Shown here piece after piece: positions 45,897-54,213 of a stretch of 64,000 bases of DNA (the first letter of the stretch is position 1; the number at the start of each line of letters is the position of its first letter). The notes under the pieces are model-generated. The model was not told the DNA's origin, searched no databases, and worked only from the letters and a program-made list of their open reading frames with translations. Source of the stretch: Armatimonadota bacterium (GTDB lineage Bacteria; Sysuimicrobiota; Sysuimicrobiia; Sysuimicrobiales; Humicultoraceae). The position numbers were made by a program, and so were the translations under genes. Location of the stretch: contig VGFA01000006.1 in the NCBI GenBank assembly GCA_016869025.1, positions 16,065 to 80,064 of the forward strand. The letters are read 5' to 3'.

Positions 45897-48338
45897 CTAG
45901 TTGCGCAGCGGCTTTCCGGTCTGAAGCATGTGCCGGATGCGATCCAGGGTTGCCGGCATCCCGAGCAAACTCAAGAACGCCTCGCGCTCAAGGTCCAGCA
46001 GGTACTCCTCGGACACACGGGTGCCCTCGGGCACGTCCCCTCCACACATGATGAATCCGAGTTTCCTGGACACCACGATGTCGTGATCGGTAATGTATCC
46101 GCCGGTGCGCATGATGTAGAGCAACGACTCGATCGCCGCGAAACCACGCGATCCGATCACCCGGATCAAACCGGGCTGAGGCGGCCGGTAGTTACCCCTC
46201 ACAAGCGCCAGCGCCGCGGCCTTGGCGTCGGAGAGCAGCAGGTCGCCGTTGACCGTGACCCCGTCGGAGGGGCGCAGGAAGCCCAATCGCCGGGCGTCCT
46301 CGCCCGAGATGGACACCTTGGCCATGGCAATGTTCTCGAACGCCTTGCGAAGGAGCGGGAGCAGGTCGGCGGAGGAATCCTCCGGCGCCGCGGCCGCCAC
46401 CCGCTTGGTCATCTCCATCGTGCCGCCGCCGGCCGGGATGAGGCCGACCCCGGCTTCGACAAGCCCCATGTAGGTCTCCGCGGCGGCCTGTATGTGCGCG
46501 CAGCCCAGGCAGAACTCCACGCCGCCGCCCAGCGTGCGTCCGAACGGCGCTGCGACAACCGGCGCGACCGAGCGCCGCAGCTCCATCGTGGCGCCCTGGA
46601 ACTGCCGGACCACGAAGTCCAGATCCTCCCAGTTGCCCTCCTGGGCCTCCATGAGGATGAGCATGAGGTTTGCGCCCACGCAGAAGTCGGACCCCTGGTT
46701 GCCGATGACCAGGGCGTCGAAGTCGGACCTGACCCGCTCCAGCGCCCGGCGGGTCATGACGATGATGTCCTCGCCGATGGCGTTCATCTTGGAGTGGAAC
46801 TCCAGACAGGCGACCCCATCGCCCAGGTCTACCAGGCTGGCTCCCGCGTTCCCCTCCACGGTGCGGCCGCGCGACTTGAGGTGCGGGAGCAGGATGCGGC
46901 CTTCCAGTCCGGGTTCCGGCAGGTACGTCGCCGATTCCAGATCAAAGTAGGTCCGCCCATCTGCCCCGTCGCGGTACCAGGCCCCGGCCCCACGCTCGCG
47001 GACCTGGCGCAGGACTTCCGGCATCTCCTCGCCGGGCGGCAGCAAGCGGTCGGCCGCCCCGATGGCGGCAAGGGCGTCCCACTGCTCGAACGGTCCATGA
47101 TCCCAACCGAACCCCCAGCGCAGGGCGCGATCCACGTTGACCACGTCGTCGCTGATCTCAGGAATGCGGCGGGCGGCGTAGACGAGCACCGCTCCCGTGA
47201 GCCGGCGCAGGAACTCGCCGTACTTGTCTTCCATGGCCAGCAGCGCCGCCACCCGCTTCTCCGGTTCGGCGATCGACTTTGCCGCCTCCAGCGCCCCGGT
47301 AGACAGCCGCTTGCGCGGGCGGTACTCGAAGGTCCGGTAGTCGAGGGTGAGGATGTCCCCGTCCTGCCGCTTGTAGAACCCGCCGCCGGTCTTCTCGCCC
47401 AGCCACCCGCGCTTGGCCATCTCGGTGAGGATCGCCGGGGGAACGTAGATGCCGCGCTCTTCGTCATCGGGCAGGTTGCGGTGCGAGTTGGAGGCCACGT
47501 GCAGGAGCGTGTCCAGGCCGACCAGGTCGCCGGTCCGGAAGGTCGCGCTCCTGGGGCGGCCCAGGATCGGCCCGGTCAGCTCGTCCACCTCGTCAATCTC
47601 GAGGCCGAGGTCAACCATCAGGTGGATCGCCTTCAGCATCCCGTAGGTTCCGATGCGGTTGGCTATGAAGTTGGGCGTGTCCTTCGCGTAGACGATCCCC
47701 TTGCCCAGCAGCCGCTCGCCCCAGCCGGCGACCGCTTCGGTTACCCACGCGTGCGTGTGCGGCGTGGGGATGAGTTCCAGCAGTTTCATGTACCGCGGTG
47801 GGTTGAAGAAGTGAGTTCCCAGGAAGTGAGCGCGGAACTCCTGGCCCGACTGCTCGGCCACCGCGGCGACGGGCAGGCCGCTCGTGTTGGTGCTGACGAT
47901 CATGCCGGGCCGCCATCTGGCCTCGACCCGAGCCAGCAGGTCGCGCTTGATGGCCAGGTCCTCCACCACCGCCTCGATGACCCAGTCCGCGTCGCGGATC
48001 AGGTCCAGGTGGTCCTCGAAGTTGCCCGTGGTGACCAGGGCGGCCCGATCCGGAGAGTAGAACGCGGCCGGCTGGGCCTTGACCGCGCGCTCCAGCCCGG
48101 TGCGGGCGAACCGGTTGCGCACCTCGGGGGCATCAAGCCCCAGCCCGCGCTTGCGCTCGTCGTCGTTCGGCTCCTTTGGGACGATGTCCAGGAGCACCGT
48201 GGGTATGCCGACGTTGGCCAGGTGCGCGGCGATCGTGCTGCCCATGACACCCGCGCCCAGGACGGCGGCGCGGGTAAGACGCATCTTGCGACTGGCGGTG
48301 GGCGCAGTAGCAGTAGAGGAGATCATTGAGGGGGTCAC
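45897..48338 (-). CDS. fadN: Bifunctional 3-hydroxyacyl-CoA dehydrogenase/enoyl-CoA hydratase (FadN/FadB-type)
   Basis: N-terminal AVLGAGVMGSTIAAHLANVG Rossmann motif (HAD domain) and a C-terminal crotonase-fold half. The start is ambiguous: GTG 48338, ATG 48326 or ATG 48284. Confidence 0.9.
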   Translation of the reverse strand: MTPSMISSTATAPTASRKMRLTRAAVLGAGVMGSTIAAHLANVGIPTVLLDIVPKEPNDDERKRGLGLDAPEVRNRFARTGLERAVKAQPAAFYSPDRAALVTTGNFEDHLDLIRDADWVIEAVVEDLAIKRDLLARVEARWRPGMIVSTNTSGLPVAAVAEQSGQEFRAHFLGTHFFNPPRYMKLLELIPTPHTHAWVTEAVAGWGERLLGKGIVYAKDTPNFIANRIGTYGMLKAIHLMVDLGLEIDEVDELTGPILGRPRSATFRTGDLVGLDTLLHVASNSHRNLPDDEERGIYVPPAILTEMAKRGWLGEKTGGGFYKRQDGDILTLDYRTFEYRPRKRLSTGALEAAKSIAEPEKRVAALLAMEDKYGEFLRRLTGAVLVYAARRIPEISDDVVNVDRALRWGFGWDHGPFEQWDALAAIGAADRLLPPGEEMPEVLRQVRERGAGAWYRDGADGRTYFDLESATYLPEPGLEGRILLPHLKSRGRTVEGNAGASLVDLGDGVACLEFHSKMNAIGEDIIVMTRRALERVRSDFDALVIGNQGSDFCVGANLMLILMEAQEGNWEDLDFVVRQFQGATMELRRSVAPVVAAPFGRTLGGGVEFCLGCAHIQAAAETYMGLVEAGVGLIPAGGGTMEMTKRVAAAAPEDSSADLLPLLRKAFENIAMAKVSISGEDARRLGFLRPSDGVTVNGDLLLSDAKAAALALVRGNYRPPQPGLIRVIGSRGFAAIESLLYIMRTGGYITDHDIVVSRKLGFIMCGGDVPEGTRVSEEYLLDLEREAFLSLLGMPATLDRIRHMLQTGKPLRN

Positions 48339-48565
48339 CTTCCTGCTCTTAGGTGACTTGCTATGTTGACTTCGTCGCAGGGGGCGTGCGCTCCTTGCGG
48401 CTACGACCAGCGATTATCAGGTTCTTCACCTTGTTCGCCCTTGGTCCATGGCCAGGGCGAACGCGGACCGATGCGCGGGCGCTTGTTTAGGGAACCCTGG
48501 GCAACATCAGCAGGACTGACGCCCGCCGTTGATATTTGAAGTCCAGTTGTTTCTTCCTGGGCGGA

Positions 48566-48640
48566 ATTTCTGGCTTTCTTTTATCACTGAACCGTGATAC
48601 GCTCAATCCAGAAATGAGCCTGATGAGTGAACCGTGGGAT
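48566..48640. promoter_or_regulatory. Nested inverted/direct repeats upstream of abiEi (candidate AbiEi operator)
   Basis: ATTTCTGG (48566-48573) pairs with CCAGAAAT (48608-48615). These flank TATCAC (48582-48587) paired with GTGATA (48594-48599). TGAACCGTG occurs twice, at 48588-48596 and 48628-48636, the second copy 10 nt before the ATG. Confidence 0.4.
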
Positions 48641-48645
48641 AGGGC

Positions 48646-49461
48646 ATGTTGCACAAGGTCGCTGGTATCTCGAGGAAGGGCCGGGACGAACTCGCGCTGG
48701 TGGCGGGTCGGGGGAGGAGATTGGTGTCCGTTTCGGAGGCCGCCAGCGCTCTCAGGGTGGACAGGCAGGCGGCAGCCCGGAAGTTGGCGCTATGGGCTGA
48801 GGAAGGTTGGCTCCGACGTGTGAGGCGCGGTCTCTACATCCCTGTTCCTGTGGAGGCTCAGGATCCCCGTTCCTGGTCCGAAGACCCGTTCGTCTTGGCA
48901 GATGCCGTCTGGAGTCCCTGCTATTTCACTGGCTTGACAGCCGCGAACCACTGGGGGCTTACGGAGCAGATCTTCCGAACCACCGTGCTCAAGACAGTCC
49001 GCCGGGTGCGCTCCTCCCGCGAGCGTTTCCTCGATCACGAGTACCTCGTCGCGCACATCCCCGAGCGCCTGATGGACTGGGGCCTCCGGCCCATCTGGCG
49101 AGAGGAGCGACGGGTGTGGATTGCCGACCCTGCTCGCACAGTCACAGAGATCCTCGACGCCCCCCTGCTTGGAGGCGGCATTCGTCAGGTCGCCGAGATC
49201 GTTGCCGCGTACCTGAACGAGCACGACTGGAAGACCTTGGTCGAGTACGGGGATCGTCTTGGGAACCGCGCCGTATTCAAGCGGCTCGGCCACCTGGTGG
49301 AGACGGCAGGCCTCGGGAAGCCCGGGTTAGTGGCGATGTGCCGGGACCGGATCTCTACGGGTGTATCTCTGCTCGATCCGAACGGCCCAGCGGGCGGCAA
49401 GCGAGTGGCAGAGTGGGGCATCCGGGCTAACGTCCAGGTCCCTCGGCACGGGGCTTCATGA
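48646..49461 (+). CDS. abiEi: AbiEi-family antitoxin/transcriptional regulator (type IV TA)
   Basis: N-terminal wHTH (VSVSEAASALRVDRQAAARKLALWAEEGWLRRVRRGLY) and C-terminal AbiEi domain (PARTVTEILDAPLLGGGIRQVAEIV). ATGA overlap with the toxin gene. Confidence 0.85.
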   Translation: MLHKVAGISRKGRDELALVAGRGRRLVSVSEAASALRVDRQAAARKLALWAEEGWLRRVRRGLYIPVPVEAQDPRSWSEDPFVLADAVWSPCYFTGLTAANHWGLTEQIFRTTVLKTVRRVRSSRERFLDHEYLVAHIPERLMDWGLRPIWREERRVWIADPARTVTEILDAPLLGGGIRQVAEIVAAYLNEHDWKTLVEYGDRLGNRAVFKRLGHLVETAGLGKPGLVAMCRDRISTGVSLLDPNGPAGGKRVAEWGIRANVQVPRHGAS

Positions 49462-50636
49462 TTCCCCCAGGTGAGATCCGCGCGCTGCGGGCCGAGTGGC
49501 GGCTCCGGGACGACATCATCGAGAAGGACTACGTCCTGGGCTGGCTGCTCGCCGGCATCGCAACGGATCCAGCGCTCTCGGCCACCTGGGTGTTCAAGGG
49601 CGGCACCTGCCTCCGGAAGTGTTACTACGAGACATTCCGGTTCTCCGAGGATCTCGACTTCACAATTGTCGGAGGTGGCCCGGAAGAGCCGAACGAGCTC
49701 CTCCTGGCGTTCAGGCGGATCGGCGAGTGGCTCTTAGACCGATCGGGCATTGAGCTCGTGCCTGACGAGCAGTCCTTCACCAGGCAGAGAAACCTCCGAG
49801 GGAACCCGACAACCCAAGGCCGGATCGCCTTCCGGGGGCCAATCCGATCACCCATGCCCCCGAAGGTCAAGCTTGATCTCACGAGCGACGAGGTCGTCGT
49901 GGAAGCACCGGTTCGTCGCCCCATATCACACCCCTACAGCGACGGCGCGCTCCCGGTGGTAGACGGCGTCCTCTGCTACTCGATCGTGGATCTCATGGCC
50001 GAGAAGATTAGGGCTCTCGCTGAGCGGTGCAGGCCGCGGGACCTCTACGATGTCGTCCACCTGTACAGGTATCCCGACCTCAGGGAGCGCGCGGCTGCTG
50101 TGTCGGCCGCGCTCAGCCGAAAGTGCACACATGTCGGGATCCCGGTGCCCACCGCTGAGACGATCCGGTCATCGCCGTACCGAGAAGAGGTCGAGATAGA
50201 GTGGCACAACATGCTGGCCCACCAACTGCCTCACCTGCCACCGTTCGCAGAGTTCTGGGCCGCCCTGGACGAGGTCTTCGCATGGGTGCGAGGTGAGTGG
50301 GCGGTCCCCACTCACCGCCGAGCCGAGATCGGCGATCTGCATGCCAGCTGGATGCCCCCGCGTGCGATGGCCTCGTGGCGGCGCGGTGCGCCACTCGAAC
50401 TGATCCGGTTCGCCGGCGCGAACCGCCTGAAAGTCGAGATCGACTACCGTGCCGAAGCGGGCCGGCAAGGCCCTCGCGTTGTCGAGCCGTACTCGCTCCG
50501 GATGACGAAGGACGGCAACCTCGTGCTCTTTGTTGTCAACGACCGGGGCCAGCTCAGGGGCTACCGGGTCGACAGGATCGCTGGCGCGCGCGTCACGGAG
50601 GCGCCGTTCCAGCCCCGGTACCTTGTCGAGTTCTGA
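49458..50636 (+). CDS. abiEii: AbiEii/AbiGii (DUF1814) nucleotidyltransferase toxin with C-terminal WYL-like domain
   Basis: IEKDYVLGWLL, FKGGTCLRKCY...RFSEDLDF (NTase motif) and KIRALAERCRPRDLYD. An extra ~90-aa tail reads LKVEIDYRAEAGRQGPRVVEPYSLRMTKDGNLVLFVVNDRGQLRGYRVDRIAGARVTEAPF (WYL pattern). Confidence 0.85.
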   Translation: MIPPGEIRALRAEWRLRDDIIEKDYVLGWLLAGIATDPALSATWVFKGGTCLRKCYYETFRFSEDLDFTIVGGGPEEPNELLLAFRRIGEWLLDRSGIELVPDEQSFTRQRNLRGNPTTQGRIAFRGPIRSPMPPKVKLDLTSDEVVVEAPVRRPISHPYSDGALPVVDGVLCYSIVDLMAEKIRALAERCRPRDLYDVVHLYRYPDLRERAAAVSAALSRKCTHVGIPVPTAETIRSSPYREEVEIEWHNMLAHQLPHLPPFAEFWAALDEVFAWVRGEWAVPTHRRAEIGDLHASWMPPRAMASWRRGAPLELIRFAGANRLKVEIDYRAEAGRQGPRVVEPYSLRMTKDGNLVLFVVNDRGQLRGYRVDRIAGARVTEAPFQPRYLVEF

Positions 50637-50725
50637 GCGTCCGGGGCCAAGGCCCCAGGGATGGCTCTGAGGCAGGGAGAATGGTGCAATGACCTACTGA
50701 GGCATGCCGGGCTTTATCCGGCCAG

Positions 50726-53557
50726 GTGGGCATGAACCCCGAACAGGAAGCGCGCCAGCGAATTGACGACCTGTTGACCCGGGCCGGCTGGGCCGTGCAG
50801 GATGCCGGCGCCGTCAACCTGTACGAGCGCCGCGGAGTCGCCGTGCGCGAGGTCGCCCTCAAGACCGGCCACGGCGAGGCCGACTACCTGCTGTACGTGG
50901 ACGGCAGGGCTGCCGGCGTAGTCGAGGCCAAACGAACGGGTTCTACTCTCACAGGTGTTGAGCCACAGTCCAAAAGATACAGCGAAGGGCTCCCAGACGA
51001 CCTGCCTGCCTGGCGGCGACCTCTCCCCTTCCTCTATGAGAGCACTGGGGTCGAGACCCGGTTCACCAGCGGCCTTGATCCCGACCCGCGCAGCCGCCAG
51101 GTGTTCGCGTTCCACCGGCCGGAGACCCTGGCCGAGTGGCTGGCCATCCCTGGGACGGTGGCCGAAGCGCGGCTCCGCGAGGAGTTGAAGGCGGCAGAGG
51201 AACGCGAGATCTACGTCGCGCTTCCCACACTGCGCCACGGTCTCAGGATGATGCCTCCGCTGAACCCGCGAGGGCTGTGGTCGGTACAGGCTCAGGCAAT
51301 CCAGAACCTGGAAGCGTCTTTGGCACGGGACCACCCCCGTTCCCTGGTTCAGATGGCCACGGGCAGCGGGAAGACGGTCATGGCCGCTCACCTGGTCTAC
51401 CGGCTCGTCAGGCACGCCGGCGCCGGGCGCGTCCTCTTCCTCGTGGACCGCAGCAACCTCGGCCGCCAGACTCTGCGCGAGTTCCAGGGCTTCGTCAGCC
51501 CCGACGACGGCAGGAAGTTCACCGAACTCTACAACGTGCAGCACCTCCAGTCCAACCGCATCGACCAGGTGAACCGCGTCTGCATCGCCACCATCCAGCG
51601 CATCTATTCGATGCTGAAGGGGGAGGAACTGGATCCGGAACTGGAAGAGCAGTCCGCCTTCGAGATGCTGCCGCTCCGAAAGGAACCTGCCCCCGTCGAG
51701 TACAATTTAGATATCCCCATCGAGACCTTCAACGTCATCATCACCGACGAGTGCCATCGTTCCATCTACAACCTCTGGCGGCAGGTGCTGGAGTACTTCG
51801 ACGCTTTCCTCATCGGCATGACGGCCACGCCATCGAAGCAGACCCTGGGCTTCTTCAACCAGAACCTGGTCATGGAGTACAGTCACGAGCAGGCCGTCGC
51901 CGACGGCGTGAACGTGGACTTCGACGTCTACCGCATACGCACGGAGATCACCGAACGCGGCTCCAAGGTTGAGGCCGGGTACTACGTAGACCGCCGCAAC
52001 CGCCAGACGCGCGCCGTGAGGTGGGAGCAGCTCGACGAGGACCTCGTGTACGCCCCCAATCAACTGGACCGGGACGTGGTGGCTCCCGACCAGATTCGCA
52101 CGGTCATCCGCGCCTTCCGTGATCGACTTTCTACTGAGATCTTTCCCGGACGTTCCGAAGTACCCAAGACGCTCATCTTCGCGAAGGACGACAGCCACGC
52201 CGATGACATCGTGCAGATCGTGCGGCAAGAGTTTGGGCGCGGCAACGAGTTCGCCCAGAAGATAACCTACAAGACGACCGGCGCGAAACCCGAGGACCTG
52301 CTGCAGGCCTTTCGCACTTCCTACTTCCCACGCATCGCCGTCACCGTGGACATGATCGCCACCGGCACGGACATCCGCCCCCTGGAGGTCGTCCTCTTCA
52401 TGCGGAACGTCCGCAGCCGCAACTTCTTCGAGCAGATGAAGGGCCGCGGTGTGCGGATCATCTCCTCCACCGAGTTCCAGTCCGTCACCCCCGACGCCGC
52501 CCACAAGACCCACTTCGTCATCGTAGACGCGGTGGGTGTGACAGAGCAGAACCTCTCCGACTCCTACTCCCTGGAGAAGCAGCCTACCATCCCCTTCGAG
52601 AAGCTGCTGGACGCGGTGGCCATGGGCAACCGGGAGCCGGAGGTCCTCTCCTCCCTGGCCAGCCGGCTGGCACGCCTGGACCGCCAGCTCACGGTTTCGG
52701 ATCGGCGCGCTCTCCAGGACGTGGCTCAGGGTCTGGCTCTCAAGGAGATGACTTCCGCCCTGCTCAAGGCTGCGGACCCGGACGCCGTGCTTGACGCCGC
52801 CCGCCAGGCGACGGGCCAGGACGAACCGCCGGAAGAAGCCGTTGCACGGGCGCGGAGGGACCTCGCGGAGGCGGCTGCCCGCCCACTCGCCGCCAACCCA
52901 GAACTGCGCCAGCGTCTCATCGACATTCGACGGTCGTACGAGCAGATGATCGACACCGTCAGCCAGGATCGTCTCGTGGAAGCCGGTTACTCCGCTGACG
53001 CCACCGACCGCGCCCGGGCCCTGGTGCGGTCCTTCCAGGAGTTCATCGCACAGCACCGCGATGAGATCACTGCCCTGCAGGTCCTCTACAGCCGGCCCTA
53101 TCGGCAGCGCCTGACCTACCGGGATATCAGGGGCCTTGCCGACGCCTTGCAGATGCCTCCCAGGGCGCTGACGCCTGACCGGCTGTGGGCTGCGTACCAG
53201 CAACTCGACCGATCCCGCGTGCGCGGATCCGGCCATCGGATGCTGGCTGACATTGTTTCTCTGGTGCGCTTCGCGATCGGCCAGGACGCGGAGTTGGTCC
53301 CATTTGCCGACCATGTGCGGGAGCGGTTCGATACCTGGCTGGCGGTCCAACAACTGATGGGTCGCGCCTCCACGGCCGAGCAGCGCCGCTGGCTGGAAGC
53401 CATCCGCGACCACATCGCGGGCAGCGTGAGCATGGGGCTGGAGGACTTTCAGTTGTCACCCTTTGACCAGCGGGGAGGCCTGGGCCGGGCCTACGCCCTC
53501 TTCGGGAAGGAGTTGGAGGCGCTGCTGGACGAGTTGAACCGGGAGTTGGTGGCATGA
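50726..53557 (+). CDS. hsdR: Type I restriction enzyme R subunit (EcoEI/type IB-like C-terminal domain)
   Basis: N-terminal PD-(D/E)xK nuclease (GEADYLLYVDGRAAGVVEAKR), helicase motif I MATGSGKT, motif II TDECHRS, and a C-terminal EcoEI-R-like tail. Confidence 0.9.
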   Translation: MGMNPEQEARQRIDDLLTRAGWAVQDAGAVNLYERRGVAVREVALKTGHGEADYLLYVDGRAAGVVEAKRTGSTLTGVEPQSKRYSEGLPDDLPAWRRPLPFLYESTGVETRFTSGLDPDPRSRQVFAFHRPETLAEWLAIPGTVAEARLREELKAAEEREIYVALPTLRHGLRMMPPLNPRGLWSVQAQAIQNLEASLARDHPRSLVQMATGSGKTVMAAHLVYRLVRHAGAGRVLFLVDRSNLGRQTLREFQGFVSPDDGRKFTELYNVQHLQSNRIDQVNRVCIATIQRIYSMLKGEELDPELEEQSAFEMLPLRKEPAPVEYNLDIPIETFNVIITDECHRSIYNLWRQVLEYFDAFLIGMTATPSKQTLGFFNQNLVMEYSHEQAVADGVNVDFDVYRIRTEITERGSKVEAGYYVDRRNRQTRAVRWEQLDEDLVYAPNQLDRDVVAPDQIRTVIRAFRDRLSTEIFPGRSEVPKTLIFAKDDSHADDIVQIVRQEFGRGNEFAQKITYKTTGAKPEDLLQAFRTSYFPRIAVTVDMIATGTDIRPLEVVLFMRNVRSRNFFEQMKGRGVRIISSTEFQSVTPDAAHKTHFVIVDAVGVTEQNLSDSYSLEKQPTIPFEKLLDAVAMGNREPEVLSSLASRLARLDRQLTVSDRRALQDVAQGLALKEMTSALLKAADPDAVLDAARQATGQDEPPEEAVARARRDLAEAAARPLAANPELRQRLIDIRRSYEQMIDTVSQDRLVEAGYSADATDRARALVRSFQEFIAQHRDEITALQVLYSRPYRQRLTYRDIRGLADALQMPPRALTPDRLWAAYQQLDRSRVRGSGHRMLADIVSLVRFAIGQDAELVPFADHVRERFDTWLAVQQLMGRASTAEQRRWLEAIRDHIAGSVSMGLEDFQLSPFDQRGGLGRAYALFGKELEALLDELNRELVA

Positions 53558-54213
53558 ATAGGCTGTCGTGCGCTTACTGCGGAAGCAGCGTGTCGAGAGC
53601 CGACAGAGAGCATGTTGTCCCCCGGTGCCTCTATCCCGACTCCAAGAGGAGTTCGAAGGTTCAGCGGCTGACCGTCCCTGCCTGCAGATCCTGCAACACC
53701 AGTTGGTCTGACGACGAAGCGCATTTCCGCAATATGATGCTGATCGCAGGCGAACCGAACTCGTCGGTACAGGAGCTCTGGCAAACCAAGACACGGCGGA
53801 GTTTCCGGGAAGTCGACGGGCCACGGCGGATGCGGGACCTTCTCTTCCAGCTGAAACCCGTTGAGACTGCAGACGGGCTGAGGCACATGGTCTATCCGGC
53901 CAGCGATGAGCGAGTCATGCGAATCATCCGGAAGATCGTGCGGGGCCTTTGTCATCATCATTGCGTAGTGTCCCCTGTCCAGGACCAGCAGGTGCGGGCA
54001 CGCGTTCTGGAATACCTAGCACCCCCAGAGCTCCTGGACGAGATGAGCTACCACCACTTGGAAAAGGATGTCTTCGAGTATCGGTATGCGGTCCTCGATG
54101 AGCCGGAGATCAACTCCGCATGGCTGCTGACGTTCTTCGAGCGCCGGAAGTTCATCGCCACTGTGACTCCCCTGCAACCGCTCAGTGAGGCGAACGGTGA
54201 AACAGGTAACTGA
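53554..54213 (+). CDS. HNH-type endonuclease-like protein inserted between hsdR and hsdS
   Basis: CAYCGSSVSRADREHVVPRCLY...VPACRSCNTSWSDDEAHF is a Cys4 plus H-N-H arrangement. ATGA overlap with the hsdR stop. Confidence 0.7.
   Translation: MNRLSCAYCGSSVSRADREHVVPRCLYPDSKRSSKVQRLTVPACRSCNTSWSDDEAHFRNMMLIAGEPNSSVQELWQTKTRRSFREVDGPRRMRDLLFQLKPVETADGLRHMVYPASDERVMRIIRKIVRGLCHHHCVVSPVQDQQVRARVLEYLAPPELLDEMSYHHLEKDVFEYRYAVLDEPEINSAWLLTFFERRKFIATVTPLQPLSEANGETGN

Noticed and set aside
45321-48329. 1002-aa ORF on the plus strand. Similar long ORFs lie antisense to real genes: 42821..44182, 30742..32466, 4941..5960, 12773..13813, 14219..15256, 15956..17254, 50714..51544, 51707..53413, 59951..60898 and 60796..62922.
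   Set aside because: These are shadow ORFs typical of high-GC DNA. They lie exactly opposite genes with clear family motifs, are Arg/Gly/Pro/Ala/His-rich with no recognisable motif, and have no independent RBS context.
50643-50656. GGGGCC-AA-GGCCCC hairpin after abiEii as an intrinsic terminator
   Set aside because: The stem is only 6 bp, the loop is 2 nt and there is no U-tract. This is too weak to call.
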